DNA from: a virus
IMG/VR virus record: IMGVR_UViG_3300045141_000107
Span: 1-64,000 of that record
DNA: 64,000 nucleotides
Strand: one strand, 5' to 3'
Part shown: one piece after another, positions 53,819 to 64,000 of the stretch
Layout: the number at the start of each line of letters is the position of its first letter
How positions within the stretch are numbered: position 1 is the stretch's first letter
Position numbers and translations under genes: made by a program
Notes under the pieces: model-generated
The model's input: only the letters and a program-made list of their open reading frames with translations
Database searches by the model: none
Told to the model about the DNA's origin: nothing

Positions 53819-56046
53819 TAGTTGGGAATCCTATTGAGCACGGTCTGTTTCCACGCAGGCCACTGCGGACCAGGACACTCTGTTGAATAAGCATCCTTGT
53901 GGCCTTCTACAGTAAGCTTCCTACCAATCTTCTTCTGGCAGTAGCCGATAGCATTAGCCATACCTGTCATCTGCTCGTCATTAGGTGCTACGTCACCAGC
54001 ATAACAGATACCGACATAGGTCTGGTTCCTACCGCTAGCCGCACTGTGCCAACACGCTACATTGAGGTCCCATGCCATAGACGTCTTACCATCTTGCTCG
54101 ACAAAGAACGTGTATGCCAGACCTGGGAACGGAGTGTTGTTACCAGTTTGTCCCCTGGCTGCTTCAGAAGTCTGATACTGAGCCACTTGGTAGGCTGTCT
54201 GGCTAGCAGGACCAGCAGTGTAGTGGAGCGTCACACCAGTAATGGCACTAATATCTCGCTGGGAGTAATTGGCTTCGTGGTTCGTGGGTAGCTGGCCTAT
54301 GACGTTGACCGGCTGCCAATCTGGGGAAGTCTTCTGTGCACCAGAACCTACGATAGCACGCACATACTCCACTTTGGCATTGTACTCACCCTGTGGTGTA
54401 CCACCACCTGCTCCATTCCAGTTGGGATAGACGTGCCACTGGCGGAATCCTGCTTCACCACCACCAGCACCCTTCCAGATACCATAAGCTGCTCTGGCAT
54501 TTGTAGCTGGAGCTGCCAGGACGTCTGGCCCACCATACGTCGGCCAATGTACCTCGTTGATCTGCCACAACCCTGTATCATGCCCATTGACGGGATAGGT
54601 CATGTCGCAGTTGCCGCATTCGTACAAGCTAATGGCGACCATCTTGATTGCATCGTCATTAGTCTGTACAGGCGAGAAACCAGCCGCCACAGCCAGTTGG
54701 TATCTGTCAAGGACGCTAACCGAGCCAGACATCTTGGTCCACTCACGGCCAGACGGTACAGCAGTCTGCCCGCCACTACCAGCCACGGCTGGACCAAGCA
54801 GATCGCTACCAGCAGAGCTAGCCTTCGTCTGTGCTCTAGCTGCGTAGGCTTCAGGCAGTGCATCTTCAATGTTCACCGTAAGAGACATTGAAGCTTCTTG
54901 GTCTGATACTGTGTGGGTACCCGACTTTACGTAGTATTTACCAACCAGACCAGTAATCTCATCACGGATATGTACAGGGTCGCCAGCCCGCACCGTGTTG
55001 ATATTGAAGGTGGTGATAGTACCTGTGTTCTCAAACTTCACCAACTTCTTATACAGCTTCATGCCCTGCTGTTCTGCATTAGCTCTGTCGTTACCCAGAT
55101 CGAGTGCTACCTCGCCAGGTGCTTGCAGATCTACAGACTCTGAGAACATACCGTACTTGTTGACTTCTTTATCGTTTCCAGCCTCAATAACATCCTGGGC
55201 AGGCCACTGGAAGATCAGACTTGGTCCACCACCACTACCACCCTCCAGCAGATCATTAGCAGTGCTGCCTCCAGAACTACCCTTGTAGACCCTGATGACG
55301 TTTGAGTAGTTCTCCATGCTAAAGTTGTTCTGTGAGGAGAAGATATTTCCAGGGTTGTTGTTCCAAGAGTCTGGCCCAGGCTCGAACATACCACGATTGA
55401 AGTTCCAGATGCCACTTGGTGGAGTACGCGCCACAAGCTCTACCTTGCCAGCATTCTCCTGCAACAGGAACCGTGCATCAGCATTGATGTCTCTGGTATA
55501 GGACAACGCAGAGACCCACATGTCCCAGATGGTACGGTTCATGAACGGCTCACGCTCTAGCTGCACACCAGTGTCCATGATAGTGCCCAACGGTATACCG
55601 TAGTATGCAGCCGTGCGCGTGATGAACTGGCTAGCCGTCTCGCTCTCAAGCATAATAGAGTCTTTATTACGCATGATGTACCACATGACGTTGTAGCCAG
55701 TAGCTTGGAGAGTGCCACCCTCTTCACTACTCAAAGTGGTCTTGGAGATAAATGCCCTCTTGAGCAGGTCCCAAGTCATCTCAAGGTTACTACCTACCGG
55801 ACGTACACCGTACCCATAGATCTTAATCCTGTCACCAGGCTTGACAAGATTAGCAATGTTCTGCGTGTGGGCAAAAGTGACGGTATAATGCTCAGCAGGT
55901 TGGTCAAGATCGTAATCCCACTGAATGGAGGTTACGATCTCAGTAAAGTCCTGGCTAGTGCCAAGGTCAGCACTAACCACCACGACCTTGTATTCACTTA
56001 TCTTGAGGTCGTTGATGTTTGGGGTTTGCGTACTAAGTAGTGGCAT
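53818..56046 (-). CDS. baseplate hub (XkdQ-like) fused to lysozyme/SLT-like and Amidase_2 domains
   Basis: hub N-terminus; YE...GLWQIN...NARAA; LHYTAG...CWHS...GHKD...TECPG. Confidence 0.8.
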   Translation of the reverse strand: MPLLSTQTPNINDLKISEYKVVVVSADLGTSQDFTEIVTSIQWDYDLDQPAEHYTVTFAHTQNIANLVKPGDRIKIYGYGVRPVGSNLEMTWDLLKRAFISKTTLSSEEGGTLQATGYNVMWYIMRNKDSIMLESETASQFITRTAAYYGIPLGTIMDTGVQLEREPFMNRTIWDMWVSALSYTRDINADARFLLQENAGKVELVARTPPSGIWNFNRGMFEPGPDSWNNNPGNIFSSQNNFSMENYSNVIRVYKGSSGGSTANDLLEGGSGGGPSLIFQWPAQDVIEAGNDKEVNKYGMFSESVDLQAPGEVALDLGNDRANAEQQGMKLYKKLVKFENTGTITTFNINTVRAGDPVHIRDEITGLVGKYYVKSGTHTVSDQEASMSLTVNIEDALPEAYAARAQTKASSAGSDLLGPAVAGSGGQTAVPSGREWTKMSGSVSVLDRYQLAVAAGFSPVQTNDDAIKMVAISLYECGNCDMTYPVNGHDTGLWQINEVHWPTYGGPDVLAAPATNARAAYGIWKGAGGGEAGFRQWHVYPNWNGAGGGTPQGEYNAKVEYVRAIVGSGAQKTSPDWQPVNVIGQLPTNHEANYSQRDISAITGVTLHYTAGPASQTAYQVAQYQTSEAARGQTGNNTPFPGLAYTFFVEQDGKTSMAWDLNVACWHSAASGRNQTYVGICYAGDVAPNDEQMTGMANAIGYCQKKIGRKLTVEGHKDAYSTECPGPQWPAWKQTVLNRIPN

Positions 56047-57635
56047 TAGAATTTGGGCGGCATGCCCTTCCTTGGTGTCTCAGAAGGTGTATTCTTCGGC
56101 ATACCAATTGTGTTGTCGGTACCAGCAGAGCCAGTAGTTGTCGGACCAAGTTGTGCACCAGCCCCAACAGGACCAGTAGACAATCCAGCCCCTACAGCTC
56201 CAGTTCCAGCAGCAGCGGCTCCAGCTACTGCTGTCGCAGCACCTTCCACAGCAGTAACGGCTTGATCGATAACAGTCGGCTTGGCTGCGGATACTGGCTG
56301 TTCGCTGTAGTACCTCACACCGCTACCAACCTTGAGGGGACTAGTGTAGGGATCATAATGGTTGTCCAAAACCCACTGGTTTAGAGCCAATAGGGTAGAC
56401 ATGTCATTTGGTCCCTTACTGTTCACCCTACCCATTACCTGAGAAAGTGTTTCGCCAGGATGCCTATATTCGTCAGGCAAATTGGGGTCGTTGGGATCTA
56501 TGTAGCCGATGTTTGGATCAACATGCTGGAGGTTTAGAGGCTCTTCCACAACCAGCGTAGTCTCAATGTGGATAAGAGAATCTCTACCGCCAGTGTGGTC
56601 AGTTGGTGGGGTAGTGGGAGTATCCGGTACCACTGGTACTTCAGCAGGGTTAGGATCAGTGTTGTCTGGAATCTCAACAGCAACACCAGAATCCGTGGTA
56701 GCACCAGGCTTGCGCGGATCCTTAGGCCACCTGTCCTTCTCAGAGTCTGGGTTAGGCGACGTGGTGACAATCGGCGCACGGTACCTTTTCATGGAGATCG
56801 TGTAGTAAATGTCGAAGATCTCACCAGCTTTGTGTCTGTAGTTGAAGTTGGTGATTACTACCTGATCATTCCATATGCCGCCACCTACCACCAGCATACA
56901 GTTCATCTTGAATCGCATTGTCCAGATTAGTCTGGACGTTAGCGACCTGGGATCCTCAAGCTCAGTTGGTGTGATGAACATGTAGTCTGAATCGTAGTGG
57001 CTCGGGAAGAAGCTGTCCCAGCTGATAGTCTCCATTGACTGCCCGCCAGGCATGATGATCTCACCCAGACCAACTACTCTCGGTGTCCAGTATTCATGGG
57101 TGAAATCAGCGCCAAACTCCTCTGGCATTACGGGAAACTTGATGTCTCCACCGTATGCCCCTAAGAGTGTGATATCAATGAAATTACGCTGCGCACCCTC
57201 CCCCATTGTGGGGGAACCATCGATCTCAACGCACGGAGTCCAGTCGTGCTTGGGATTGATCTCAATAAGATTAGGTGCACTTCTTGCTGGGACAAAGATG
57301 TTGGTGCCGCTAGCTGTCCCACCACCAGGCACTCCATTGTTCAGCCAGGGTGCATAGCCTGGAGGTGGCGGATCTTTGGTACTAAGGCCCCAGACATCTG
57401 TATCAACTCCAAGACCTGAAGTACGCATTGTACCATCAGGCCATTTGGGGCCAAACTTTGGACCTACTGTCTCAAAGGTGTCGAACTCTACGTCGCCCTG
57501 CCAGTAAGTCTTCTTCCGCATCTCCAGGCCAACAGACCCTGGATATGTAGGATCTGTGGCATTGGGGTCAAAGTAGACTTGCTCGCCTACCTGTACGGCA
57601 TCAAAGCCTTCACCTGTTTCAGGGTTCATTGTCAT
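56046..57635 (-). CDS. tail tube initiator (XkdP-like, LysM-like)
   Basis: FPVMPEE, ISWDSFFP, DIYYTISMKRY, PGETLSQV...LLALNQ. Confidence 0.7.
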   Translation of the reverse strand: MTMNPETGEGFDAVQVGEQVYFDPNATDPTYPGSVGLEMRKKTYWQGDVEFDTFETVGPKFGPKWPDGTMRTSGLGVDTDVWGLSTKDPPPPGYAPWLNNGVPGGGTASGTNIFVPARSAPNLIEINPKHDWTPCVEIDGSPTMGEGAQRNFIDITLLGAYGGDIKFPVMPEEFGADFTHEYWTPRVVGLGEIIMPGGQSMETISWDSFFPSHYDSDYMFITPTELEDPRSLTSRLIWTMRFKMNCMLVVGGGIWNDQVVITNFNYRHKAGEIFDIYYTISMKRYRAPIVTTSPNPDSEKDRWPKDPRKPGATTDSGVAVEIPDNTDPNPAEVPVVPDTPTTPPTDHTGGRDSLIHIETTLVVEEPLNLQHVDPNIGYIDPNDPNLPDEYRHPGETLSQVMGRVNSKGPNDMSTLLALNQWVLDNHYDPYTSPLKVGSGVRYYSEQPVSAAKPTVIDQAVTAVEGAATAVAGAAAAGTGAVGAGLSTGPVGAGAQLGPTTTGSAGTDNTIGMPKNTPSETPRKGMPPKF

Positions 57636-60600
57636 GGGGTAACCGATCCTGTTTGACCGACAACGGAACCACCAGTAGACAGTTTGGTCAACATATCTGC
57701 CATCTGGCCCAACAACGACCTGATATCAGTATTCCCGTCCATACGCTCTACGTTCATTAGGTTTTGAATGGTGATTGTTGTGCCGCCACCAGCCGCAGCT
57801 CCTGGACCTGTGCCTGTTCCTGCCTGCCCCTGCATGGCTGCAATGTCTGCTTCTGTAACAGGTGATCCTCCAGGACCACTTCCTGTGCCGCCACCAGGAG
57901 CGCCAGTGCCGTAGACGGCTCCCATAACAGGACCCAATGCAGACATCTCTTGTGGGGTCATCCACTCCTTGCCACCCCACTTCGAGACAACCGTACCAGA
58001 GACACCTACATTGAATCTGTTAGTAGACGGATCCCAACCACCAATCTGGAAGAAGTGACCTGGGAACTTGCCACGAGGTCCGATATTGACGACACCTGGG
58101 ATACCAGCCTGAGCATTGTTCGCCAGTTTACCCCAGTCTACATCTTTACCCTGGTAGACTTCGTTCCCGACACCCAACTTTGTCAGGGCAGTACCGATAG
58201 TCTGTACTCCCTTGGTACCACCTACACCAGCCGCAGCAGGATCACCACCTTGGATCTGGGTTACCAGAGCATATGCTTCCTTCAGTGTTGGGTTACGTCC
58301 GTATGCTCTGGCGAAGAACGCTGCCGCAGCAGGACCACAAGCAGCTTGAGCCTGCTGCGGTGTCAACTGCTGTGTGTCTAGTTGGTTTACAAAACTAGAT
58401 CCTAAACCTGTTCCGCCTGTAGCTGCCGCAGGTGACTGTGCACTCCCTGCTGCTCTTACAGGAGGGCCACCTGAAACAGTAGCACTAACGCTGCCATGAG
58501 AAAGTATGTCTCGGATCTGCGTAAGTAGTGAAGTAGCCAGGCTATCGTCTACGCCTTGTGCAAACATCTGAGAAATGGCAGTACGTTCTGGAGCACCAGC
58601 GTCTGCAACCGTCATTGGTTCGCCAGCTTTACCTGTGCCAGGATGGGTTAGATCGAATGCAGACGTACCAATCCATCTACCAGCCGCATTACCGCCCATA
58701 CCCATAGCAGCAGCTAAGATAAAGCTCCCTAGACCACCAGTAGTGGCAGCACCGATACCAGCACCAAGGATACCTCCACCAATACTACCTACTGTTCCAC
58801 CTACTGCTCCCCATTTCTCTCTTTCTGATTCGTCAGACATCAACTCAGGAATCGTCATAGCTGCCTGCAAACCAGCACCGACGAGACCAGACTTGCCGCC
58901 AACCACCTTCATCAAACCACCTAGACCACTAGGAGAAGGTATTGGGGGTCTAACACTGGCAGCACCAGACCGCATACTTGCCCAGACCTGGAAAGCTTCC
59001 ATAACATCCTTAGGGCTGCGCAAACCACCAAAAGGAGATGGAATACCAGACTTACCAAAGATATTCTTACTACCAAATCTCTTGAACAATGCCGCTGCTG
59101 CGACACTAGTAACAGCAGTACCCACAGCAGGCAACGCTAGAGATCCCAAGTCTACACCAAGACCACTATCGTTATTGAACCCACCACCTGAGGTACTTTG
59201 AGTCACTGCTGTAGTCAGAGCTGGGACTCCCAATGCAAGAGCACGACTAGCATTGTCTGGAATTTTACCCTTGGTGACATAACGGATAGCGATTGCTTCA
59301 ACGACATCCCTGGTAATGACGCTAGTCAGCATTGCTTTCAACATATCTGGAAACGTTTGCTGGATACCAGATATGAAAGCCGCTGAAAATGCTGCGCCAG
59401 CCTCTACCAGTACGTTGTCTTTGCCACCACGGAAGAAACTTGTGACAGCATCACCAACGAAGACACCAATATCTCTACCAACAGATTGGATTTCTGCTCT
59501 ACCTGGCCCCCTGTAGTAAGCAGTAAAGGAATCCATCAGGCTGTTGGCAATAATGCGTATCTTGCCGAAGAAACTGGCGTTCTGGAAGATATTGTCGCTC
59601 AACAGGTTGTTGAACATCTCCACAATTGGATTGACACCAGCAACCAGAGGCTTCTCAATAGATTTGAACAAGGAAGTTTGCATGGCTGTCCAAGCTTGTT
59701 CCAGCTTGCCCTGTACAGCCTTGAAACTCTTGTCCATCTCTGCTACGCCCTGACCAGTAGCCCCCTGGAGTCCACCGTAGTACGCAGTCGAGGCTCTTTG
59801 CAGCAGTTCTGGAGTGATTAGCTGGAAGCCTCGGACAGCCCTCAGGTCACCAAAATACTGCTGTAGTAATTGCTGCTGACCAGTGCCACGTAGAGCCTCT
59901 TCTGGCTGTGCATTACCTAGTTTTCGCTGATTTGCTACGTACTGGTCAACCATCTTGCCATGCAGATCAAAGACGTTACGTAGCTGAGTCAGTGCCCCCA
60001 TCGGGCCGTTCTTCATGATGGCAGTAGGGTCGAGGCTCAACTCCTCACCTAGACCCTGTGTCTTCCTAATACGCTCCCAGGAAGATACCAACCTCTGTTG
60101 TTCAGCCGACATTGAGCCTACGTCTTTGAAGATGTTGGCAAATGATGTAGCCGCTTGTTCAGCAGGCATAACCTGAGTCATTGCAGCAAAGGCTGCGAAG
60201 GACTCGTTCATCACCTTCATCTTGCCGTCTGCTGTATCGTACTGCTGGATCAGTGGACCCATAGCAGCAGTAACACGAGGCAAGACCTGCTCTAGTTGGT
60301 TGAAGCGGATTGTACCTACGTCTGTAATTGCAAACAGTGAGTCGGACACTTCTGCCACATGCTCGATCTCTAGACCATATGTAGCCATAGTCTGGATCAG
60401 AGTGGTCGTAGCCTCAGAAGCATCTGTGCCAGTAGCGTAAGCTAGCCGCGCAGAGCCTTCTACCAATTTGACGGCAACACTAGCATCGTACGCAGCTTGG
60501 CCCATGTCGTTCAGGGCCTGTGTATTGACTTTGATAGCAGATACGCTAGATGCCGCAGTCGTAAACAGCTCACGCATAGACTGCGTCGAGACATTGTATT

Positions 60601-61093
60601 GGATAGACAACTTCTGGACTGCTACGTTGGTAGCTTCGAATTGCTGCTCGTTCTGTCTCAGAAGTGTGTTCGCGACACGCATCTGGTCCTGCCACTCGGC
60701 ACCTACCTTGACAAACTCCGACAATGATTCAATTGCTCTCTGTGGTAACTGCACAAGAGGCAGCAATACAGAGAACAAGACCATGGACTTTGTTAGGGAC
60801 AGAATGTTATCTGTCAGGCCACGAGTGGACTTACTATGCGTATCCAGCGCTTCCCTACCCTTGACAACGCTGTTAACCATAGAGTTGAACGCTGTACCAG
60901 TATTGCGCAGCGCAGAAGCCATACCCGTCATGGCTCTGGACGACGTAGTAGTCGCACTAGCCATGCGGTTGATGTTGTTTATGGCATTGATGGTGGCACG
61001 TTCTACCGCCAGGTACCCCTGAGCCAAGCGGTCAAGGTTTCGCTGTCCATTGATAACAACGTCAATAGCAGCTACAACCCTACGAACTGCCAC
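57632..61093 (-). CDS. tape measure protein with C39-like peptidase domain
   Basis: TP901-like core; NQLD...ACGPAA...GHFFQIGGWD. Confidence 0.85.
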   Translation of the reverse strand: MAVRRVVAAIDVVINGQRNLDRLAQGYLAVERATINAINNINRMASATTTSSRAMTGMASALRNTGTAFNSMVNSVVKGREALDTHSKSTRGLTDNILSLTKSMVLFSVLLPLVQLPQRAIESLSEFVKVGAEWQDQMRVANTLLRQNEQQFEATNVAVQKLSIQYNVSTQSMRELFTTAASSVSAIKVNTQALNDMGQAAYDASVAVKLVEGSARLAYATGTDASEATTTLIQTMATYGLEIEHVAEVSDSLFAITDVGTIRFNQLEQVLPRVTAAMGPLIQQYDTADGKMKVMNESFAAFAAMTQVMPAEQAATSFANIFKDVGSMSAEQQRLVSSWERIRKTQGLGEELSLDPTAIMKNGPMGALTQLRNVFDLHGKMVDQYVANQRKLGNAQPEEALRGTGQQQLLQQYFGDLRAVRGFQLITPELLQRASTAYYGGLQGATGQGVAEMDKSFKAVQGKLEQAWTAMQTSLFKSIEKPLVAGVNPIVEMFNNLLSDNIFQNASFFGKIRIIANSLMDSFTAYYRGPGRAEIQSVGRDIGVFVGDAVTSFFRGGKDNVLVEAGAAFSAAFISGIQQTFPDMLKAMLTSVITRDVVEAIAIRYVTKGKIPDNASRALALGVPALTTAVTQSTSGGGFNNDSGLGVDLGSLALPAVGTAVTSVAAAALFKRFGSKNIFGKSGIPSPFGGLRSPKDVMEAFQVWASMRSGAASVRPPIPSPSGLGGLMKVVGGKSGLVGAGLQAAMTIPELMSDESEREKWGAVGGTVGSIGGGILGAGIGAATTGGLGSFILAAAMGMGGNAAGRWIGTSAFDLTHPGTGKAGEPMTVADAGAPERTAISQMFAQGVDDSLATSLLTQIRDILSHGSVSATVSGGPPVRAAGSAQSPAAATGGTGLGSSFVNQLDTQQLTPQQAQAACGPAAAAFFARAYGRNPTLKEAYALVTQIQGGDPAAAGVGGTKGVQTIGTALTKLGVGNEVYQGKDVDWGKLANNAQAGIPGVVNIGPRGKFPGHFFQIGGWDPSTNRFNVGVSGTVVSKWGGKEWMTPQEMSALGPVMGAVYGTGAPGGGTGSGPGGSPVTEADIAAMQGQAGTGTGPGAAAGGGTTITIQNLMNVERMDGNTDIRSLLGQMADMLTKLSTGGSVVGQTGSVTP

Positions 61094-61331
61094 CAGTCAA
61101 TCCTTTCGCTGCACGAATCCTAGACAACATCGTTTTTATGTTCTTCGGAGAACCTGCTTCACCGCCACCCTTGAACTTAGCGCCAGTGATCATGGCAGCA
61201 TAGATGAGCGCACGCTCACCACGCGGCAGGTCGTAGATCTCATGTGGGAATCTACCCGTTTCAATGAAGATCCTAGACAGCAGGTTGGTCTCCGGGTGCG
61301 TCTCAATCAGCGCTTTTGGCGACCTCCACAA
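61080..61331 (-). CDS. tail assembly chaperone downstream ORF (probable frameshift extension)
   Basis: overlaps TAC end in +1 frame; PHEIYDLPRGERALIYA. Confidence 0.7.
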   Translation of the reverse strand: MWRSPKALIETHPETNLLSRIFIETGRFPHEIYDLPRGERALIYAAMITGAKFKGGGEAGSPKNIKTMLSRIRAAKGLTGGSS

Positions 61332-61842
61332 GGTCTTCGTGGAAACCGCTCAGTTCCAACACTGCGTTAGACACATGCAACAGAAGCCCAGGCTGGTTCT
61401 TGTAGATCTCCAGAATCAGGCGGTCTTCCTGCGTTGTACGCATGTTGTATTTCCGCATGATCTTGGAGTCTCTGTGATTTGGTGACTTTACACCGTATGC
61501 CACCACCAATGCCTGGAACTTTTGACCGTCCATTTGCTTCTGGAGGGTTCCAGAACCAGTGTTTTTTACAACACGGCTAGCCCGTTCGATAAGCTGGCTG
61601 TGTTCCGGGCCGGTCAGGTTCGTGATTTGCCATGGAGACTTGAAGCCGTACTGACTCATGTCCAGTTCGTCAGTAAACTTCTTGTCCGAATCATAAGCAA
61701 GTAACTCCTCCAGAGGATCTACCGCTTCGCCCTGGTATTGCTTCTCGGCTTCCTCTGGAGTAAGCTCAATCTGCTCGTTCGGCCTTGGGGCCACCCTACG
61801 CATAGGGGTACGGACGTCTTGTGCTTGTACTGTATCGGTCAT
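61303..61842 (-). CDS. tail assembly chaperone (XkdN-like)
   Basis: between tube and TMP; PG......VLELSGF...LVEVAK. Confidence 0.8.
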   Translation of the reverse strand: MTDTVQAQDVRTPMRRVAPRPNEQIELTPEEAEKQYQGEAVDPLEELLAYDSDKKFTDELDMSQYGFKSPWQITNLTGPEHSQLIERASRVVKNTGSGTLQKQMDGQKFQALVVAYGVKSPNHRDSKIMRKYNMRTTQEDRLILEIYKNQPGLLLHVSNAVLELSGFHEDLVEVAKSAD

Positions 61843-61861
61843 GCCCGCTATTACTCCTTGG

Positions 61862-62335
61862 TTAGTTGCAGTCCTTACCTTCGGATTCCCACTCTTGCAG
61901 GTCTCCGTCGATGCAGGACAGCATGTTGTGGTTGATGAACGTGAACGGAATAGCTTCTTCTACCAGCTCATCAACCTGGAACCCGATCGGGATTTCCCAG
62001 AACTTCACGCCGAGCAGCTCAACTACCTCAGCACCAAACGCCTCTGGGTCATCCAGTTCGTAGCGAATGAGTGCTGGGATCTGGCGGCTACGGCTGTGAC
62101 GCTGGTATGCACCAATCGTCCTCAGGAAGTAGCTGGTGACTTTGAAGCCTGTGATGGTACCGTCACCAGCGGTACCTGTCGCCTTGTAACCAGTCTGACG
62201 TGCACCAGCAAGGCGCACCTCACGACGGTTGATTGTGATACGACCCTCTACGCGCTGTACCTGGGTTTGCCACACACCATCTAGGAACAGTTCACCGTAG
62301 GAGCCGTTGATTGTACGATCTGGATTAAGAGCCAT
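61862..62335 (-). CDS. tail tube protein (XkdM-like)
   Basis: MALNPDRTINGSYGELFLDG, LDDPEAFGAE, EEAIPFTF. Confidence 0.9.
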   Translation of the reverse strand: MALNPDRTINGSYGELFLDGVWQTQVQRVEGRITINRREVRLAGARQTGYKATGTAGDGTITGFKVTSYFLRTIGAYQRHSRSRQIPALIRYELDDPEAFGAEVVELLGVKFWEIPIGFQVDELVEEAIPFTFINHNMLSCIDGDLQEWESEGKDCN

Positions 62336-62336
62336 G

Positions 62337-63824
62337 CTAGGACCCAACCTTCACAGTGACAAGGATAACGTCGATTGTGTCAACCACCGTCATCGAAATG
62401 TCAAGGTATAGGCGCTCCCCTTCTGACACACGGGTTTGCGAGAGCGCAACCGTGTAGTTGTTGCGGATGGCACGTTGCCCTGCCATCACACGCAGAAAGT
62501 CGCGCACCACACCAACTATGGCATTCTGACCATCCGTGTCGTTGGGGACTTTCCCGATGTAGTTGGTTCTAGCAGCCAGCTCGATAGCCGCTGCAATGGC
62601 GTCACACGTGTTGACGATCGAAACCTTCTTGAAGCCCTGAGGCAATGGGTTACCATCAGCCGCGTAACCAGGCACGACCATACAAGTCACACCCTTTACG
62701 ATGTGGTAGTTCAACCCTGCCTTACCAATGACCGTGACGCCGTTGTTGATAAGAAGGTCGATCGTGGTACCTTTGGACTTGGTCTCGAGTGAAATTACCT
62801 CCTGTACAGGATAGTACGTCATTCCCTGGCCCAACGGCAGCGACGACCGGATGCCTGCTACCTGTGCCGCAAACGCAGCACCTCGCACGGTGATAGCATT
62901 GCCCTGGGAGTCGGTCTGCATAACGCCAGGATAGACGTACTGGACGCCTTCGTTGTTGATACCCGAAGCAGTGGCCTCAGCAGTGGTCGAGGACTCACCA
63001 AGGTCGCTTCCAAGTACCATAGCCGACCGATATCCTTCAAGTCGGATGTCCTTGAACCAGGTGAGCAACGTCGCTTCGATGCCAGACAAATTGGCGTTCT
63101 TGATATCTACCGTGAAGACATCCCAATCGTCTGCTTCGAGACCAATGGTGGACAACAGGTCAACGTAGTCCTGCATAACTGGTGCAGAACCATTGCTGCC
63201 GCTTGTCAGATTCAGTGACACTGTAGCCGGGATGCTGTTACCTTCTGCGATCAGTGTGGCAACGACCCAGTAGTTGGCCGAATCCTGGTTTACAATCGCC
63301 ACCAAGTCCTTCATGTGTCCTACAGCGCCACGACTCGTACTGCTAGTCCATACCGCTTGCAGCGTCGTGCCGACCGTTAGTAGGATGTCTGTCTTGGTGA
63401 CATCGCCAGGGTTAGGGCGAGTCTGGATCGTGAAGGTATTGCCGAGAACACCTTCGTTCTTTGCCTCGAACTTGATGGCCTGCACGGGAGTACCCGCTGT
63501 ATCCACCAGATTGGCATTGGCCTTCGTGGACCCCTGCCCCATGATGCGATACATACGGAGCTCTCTTGCCCCACCGATGAAAGCCTGGCGTCCGGCATAG
63601 TAAGCATTGTTTGTGCCAGATTCGTCGGCTGTGAAGTAATTGATCAGCTCGGCAAAGCTGTCAATCACCTGTACCTGATTTGCTGGCCCCCACTGCGCCC
63701 TGACGATCATAGCAACTCTTCCCCGGACACCTACGGTAATCGCCGCAAGTGCATCCGAGATGAAGTTGATGTATAGACCAGGACGAGTTGGAGGTGCTGC
63801 TGGTGTCCACGGACCGCCTGGCAT
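62337..63824 (-). CDS. tail sheath protein
   Basis: RPGLYINF, WGP, YIGKVPND..G. Confidence 0.92.
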   Translation of the reverse strand: MPGGPWTPAAPPTRPGLYINFISDALAAITVGVRGRVAMIVRAQWGPANQVQVIDSFAELINYFTADESGTNNAYYAGRQAFIGGARELRMYRIMGQGSTKANANLVDTAGTPVQAIKFEAKNEGVLGNTFTIQTRPNPGDVTKTDILLTVGTTLQAVWTSSTSRGAVGHMKDLVAIVNQDSANYWVVATLIAEGNSIPATVSLNLTSGSNGSAPVMQDYVDLLSTIGLEADDWDVFTVDIKNANLSGIEATLLTWFKDIRLEGYRSAMVLGSDLGESSTTAEATASGINNEGVQYVYPGVMQTDSQGNAITVRGAAFAAQVAGIRSSLPLGQGMTYYPVQEVISLETKSKGTTIDLLINNGVTVIGKAGLNYHIVKGVTCMVVPGYAADGNPLPQGFKKVSIVNTCDAIAAAIELAARTNYIGKVPNDTDGQNAIVGVVRDFLRVMAGQRAIRNNYTVALSQTRVSEGERLYLDISMTVVDTIDVILVTVKVGS

Positions 63825-64000
63825 TATTGTGTGGTCTCCGGGGTGAATGTAGTATCGGGTACCATCATCATTTCATTGATGGCGCTCTGTACCGCAGTGG
63901 GAAGATACGTCTGGGACTGATCCAACTTGCCAGAAGTAAACACCGCTGCAACAACCCAGGAAGGTTGCTGATACAGTGCCTGGGCATAGAGGACGTGATC
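63824..64000 (-). CDS. partial small protein upstream of sheath
   Basis: open frame to window edge; TAATG overlap with sheath. Confidence 0.55.
   Translation of the reverse strand, partial: DHVLYAQALYQQPSWVVAAVFTSGKLDQSQTYLPTAVQSAINEMMMVPDTTFTPETTQ

Noticed and set aside
1-64000. tRNA/rRNA genes and stop-codon reassignment
   Set aside because: No cloverleaf recognised by eye (tRNAscan not run); core genes are full length in the standard code and all three stops are used.

Overview
This 64 kb window is part of a large tailed dsDNA phage genome with contractile-tail (myovirus, PBSX/XkdK-M-like) morphology. Almost all genes are on the minus strand, except a plus-strand block at 33.3-36.4 kb. 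From right to left: tail sheath, tube, chaperones, tape measure, baseplate and two mosaic tail fibres (64-39.5 kb); a lysis cassette (39.2-36.5 kb); a replication/recombination module with an initiator-like gene and iteron-like repeats, DnaB, primase, SSB, DnaE, RecA, a Cas4-like nuclease and an SF2 helicase (36-12 kb); and many small early/accessory genes (12-0 kb). The strongest candidate for an undescribed system is a DNA base-hypermodification pathway. It comprises a dUMP-type thymidylate-synthase homologue (8.4-9.6 kb) and an operon at 21.8-26.9 kb encoding DUF1599/Nmad1, a nucleoside deoxyribosyltransferase/N-hydrolase, a GT-B glycosyltransferase, a SPASM-type radical SAM enzyme and an aGPT-PPlase1-like protein. 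No 5hmU kinase is visible in the window. Other oddities are a free-standing copy of the endolysin N-terminal domain, a 33-aa (xP)n peptide with its own transcription signals, a family of charge-blocked acidic/basic disordered proteins, non-canonical Walker A motifs in RecA and DnaB, an iron-permease-like gene and a +1/-2 tail-chaperone frameshift. The host is probably a monoderm bacterium, possibly Chloroflexota (inference). All family calls come from motif recognition by eye; no database searches were run.
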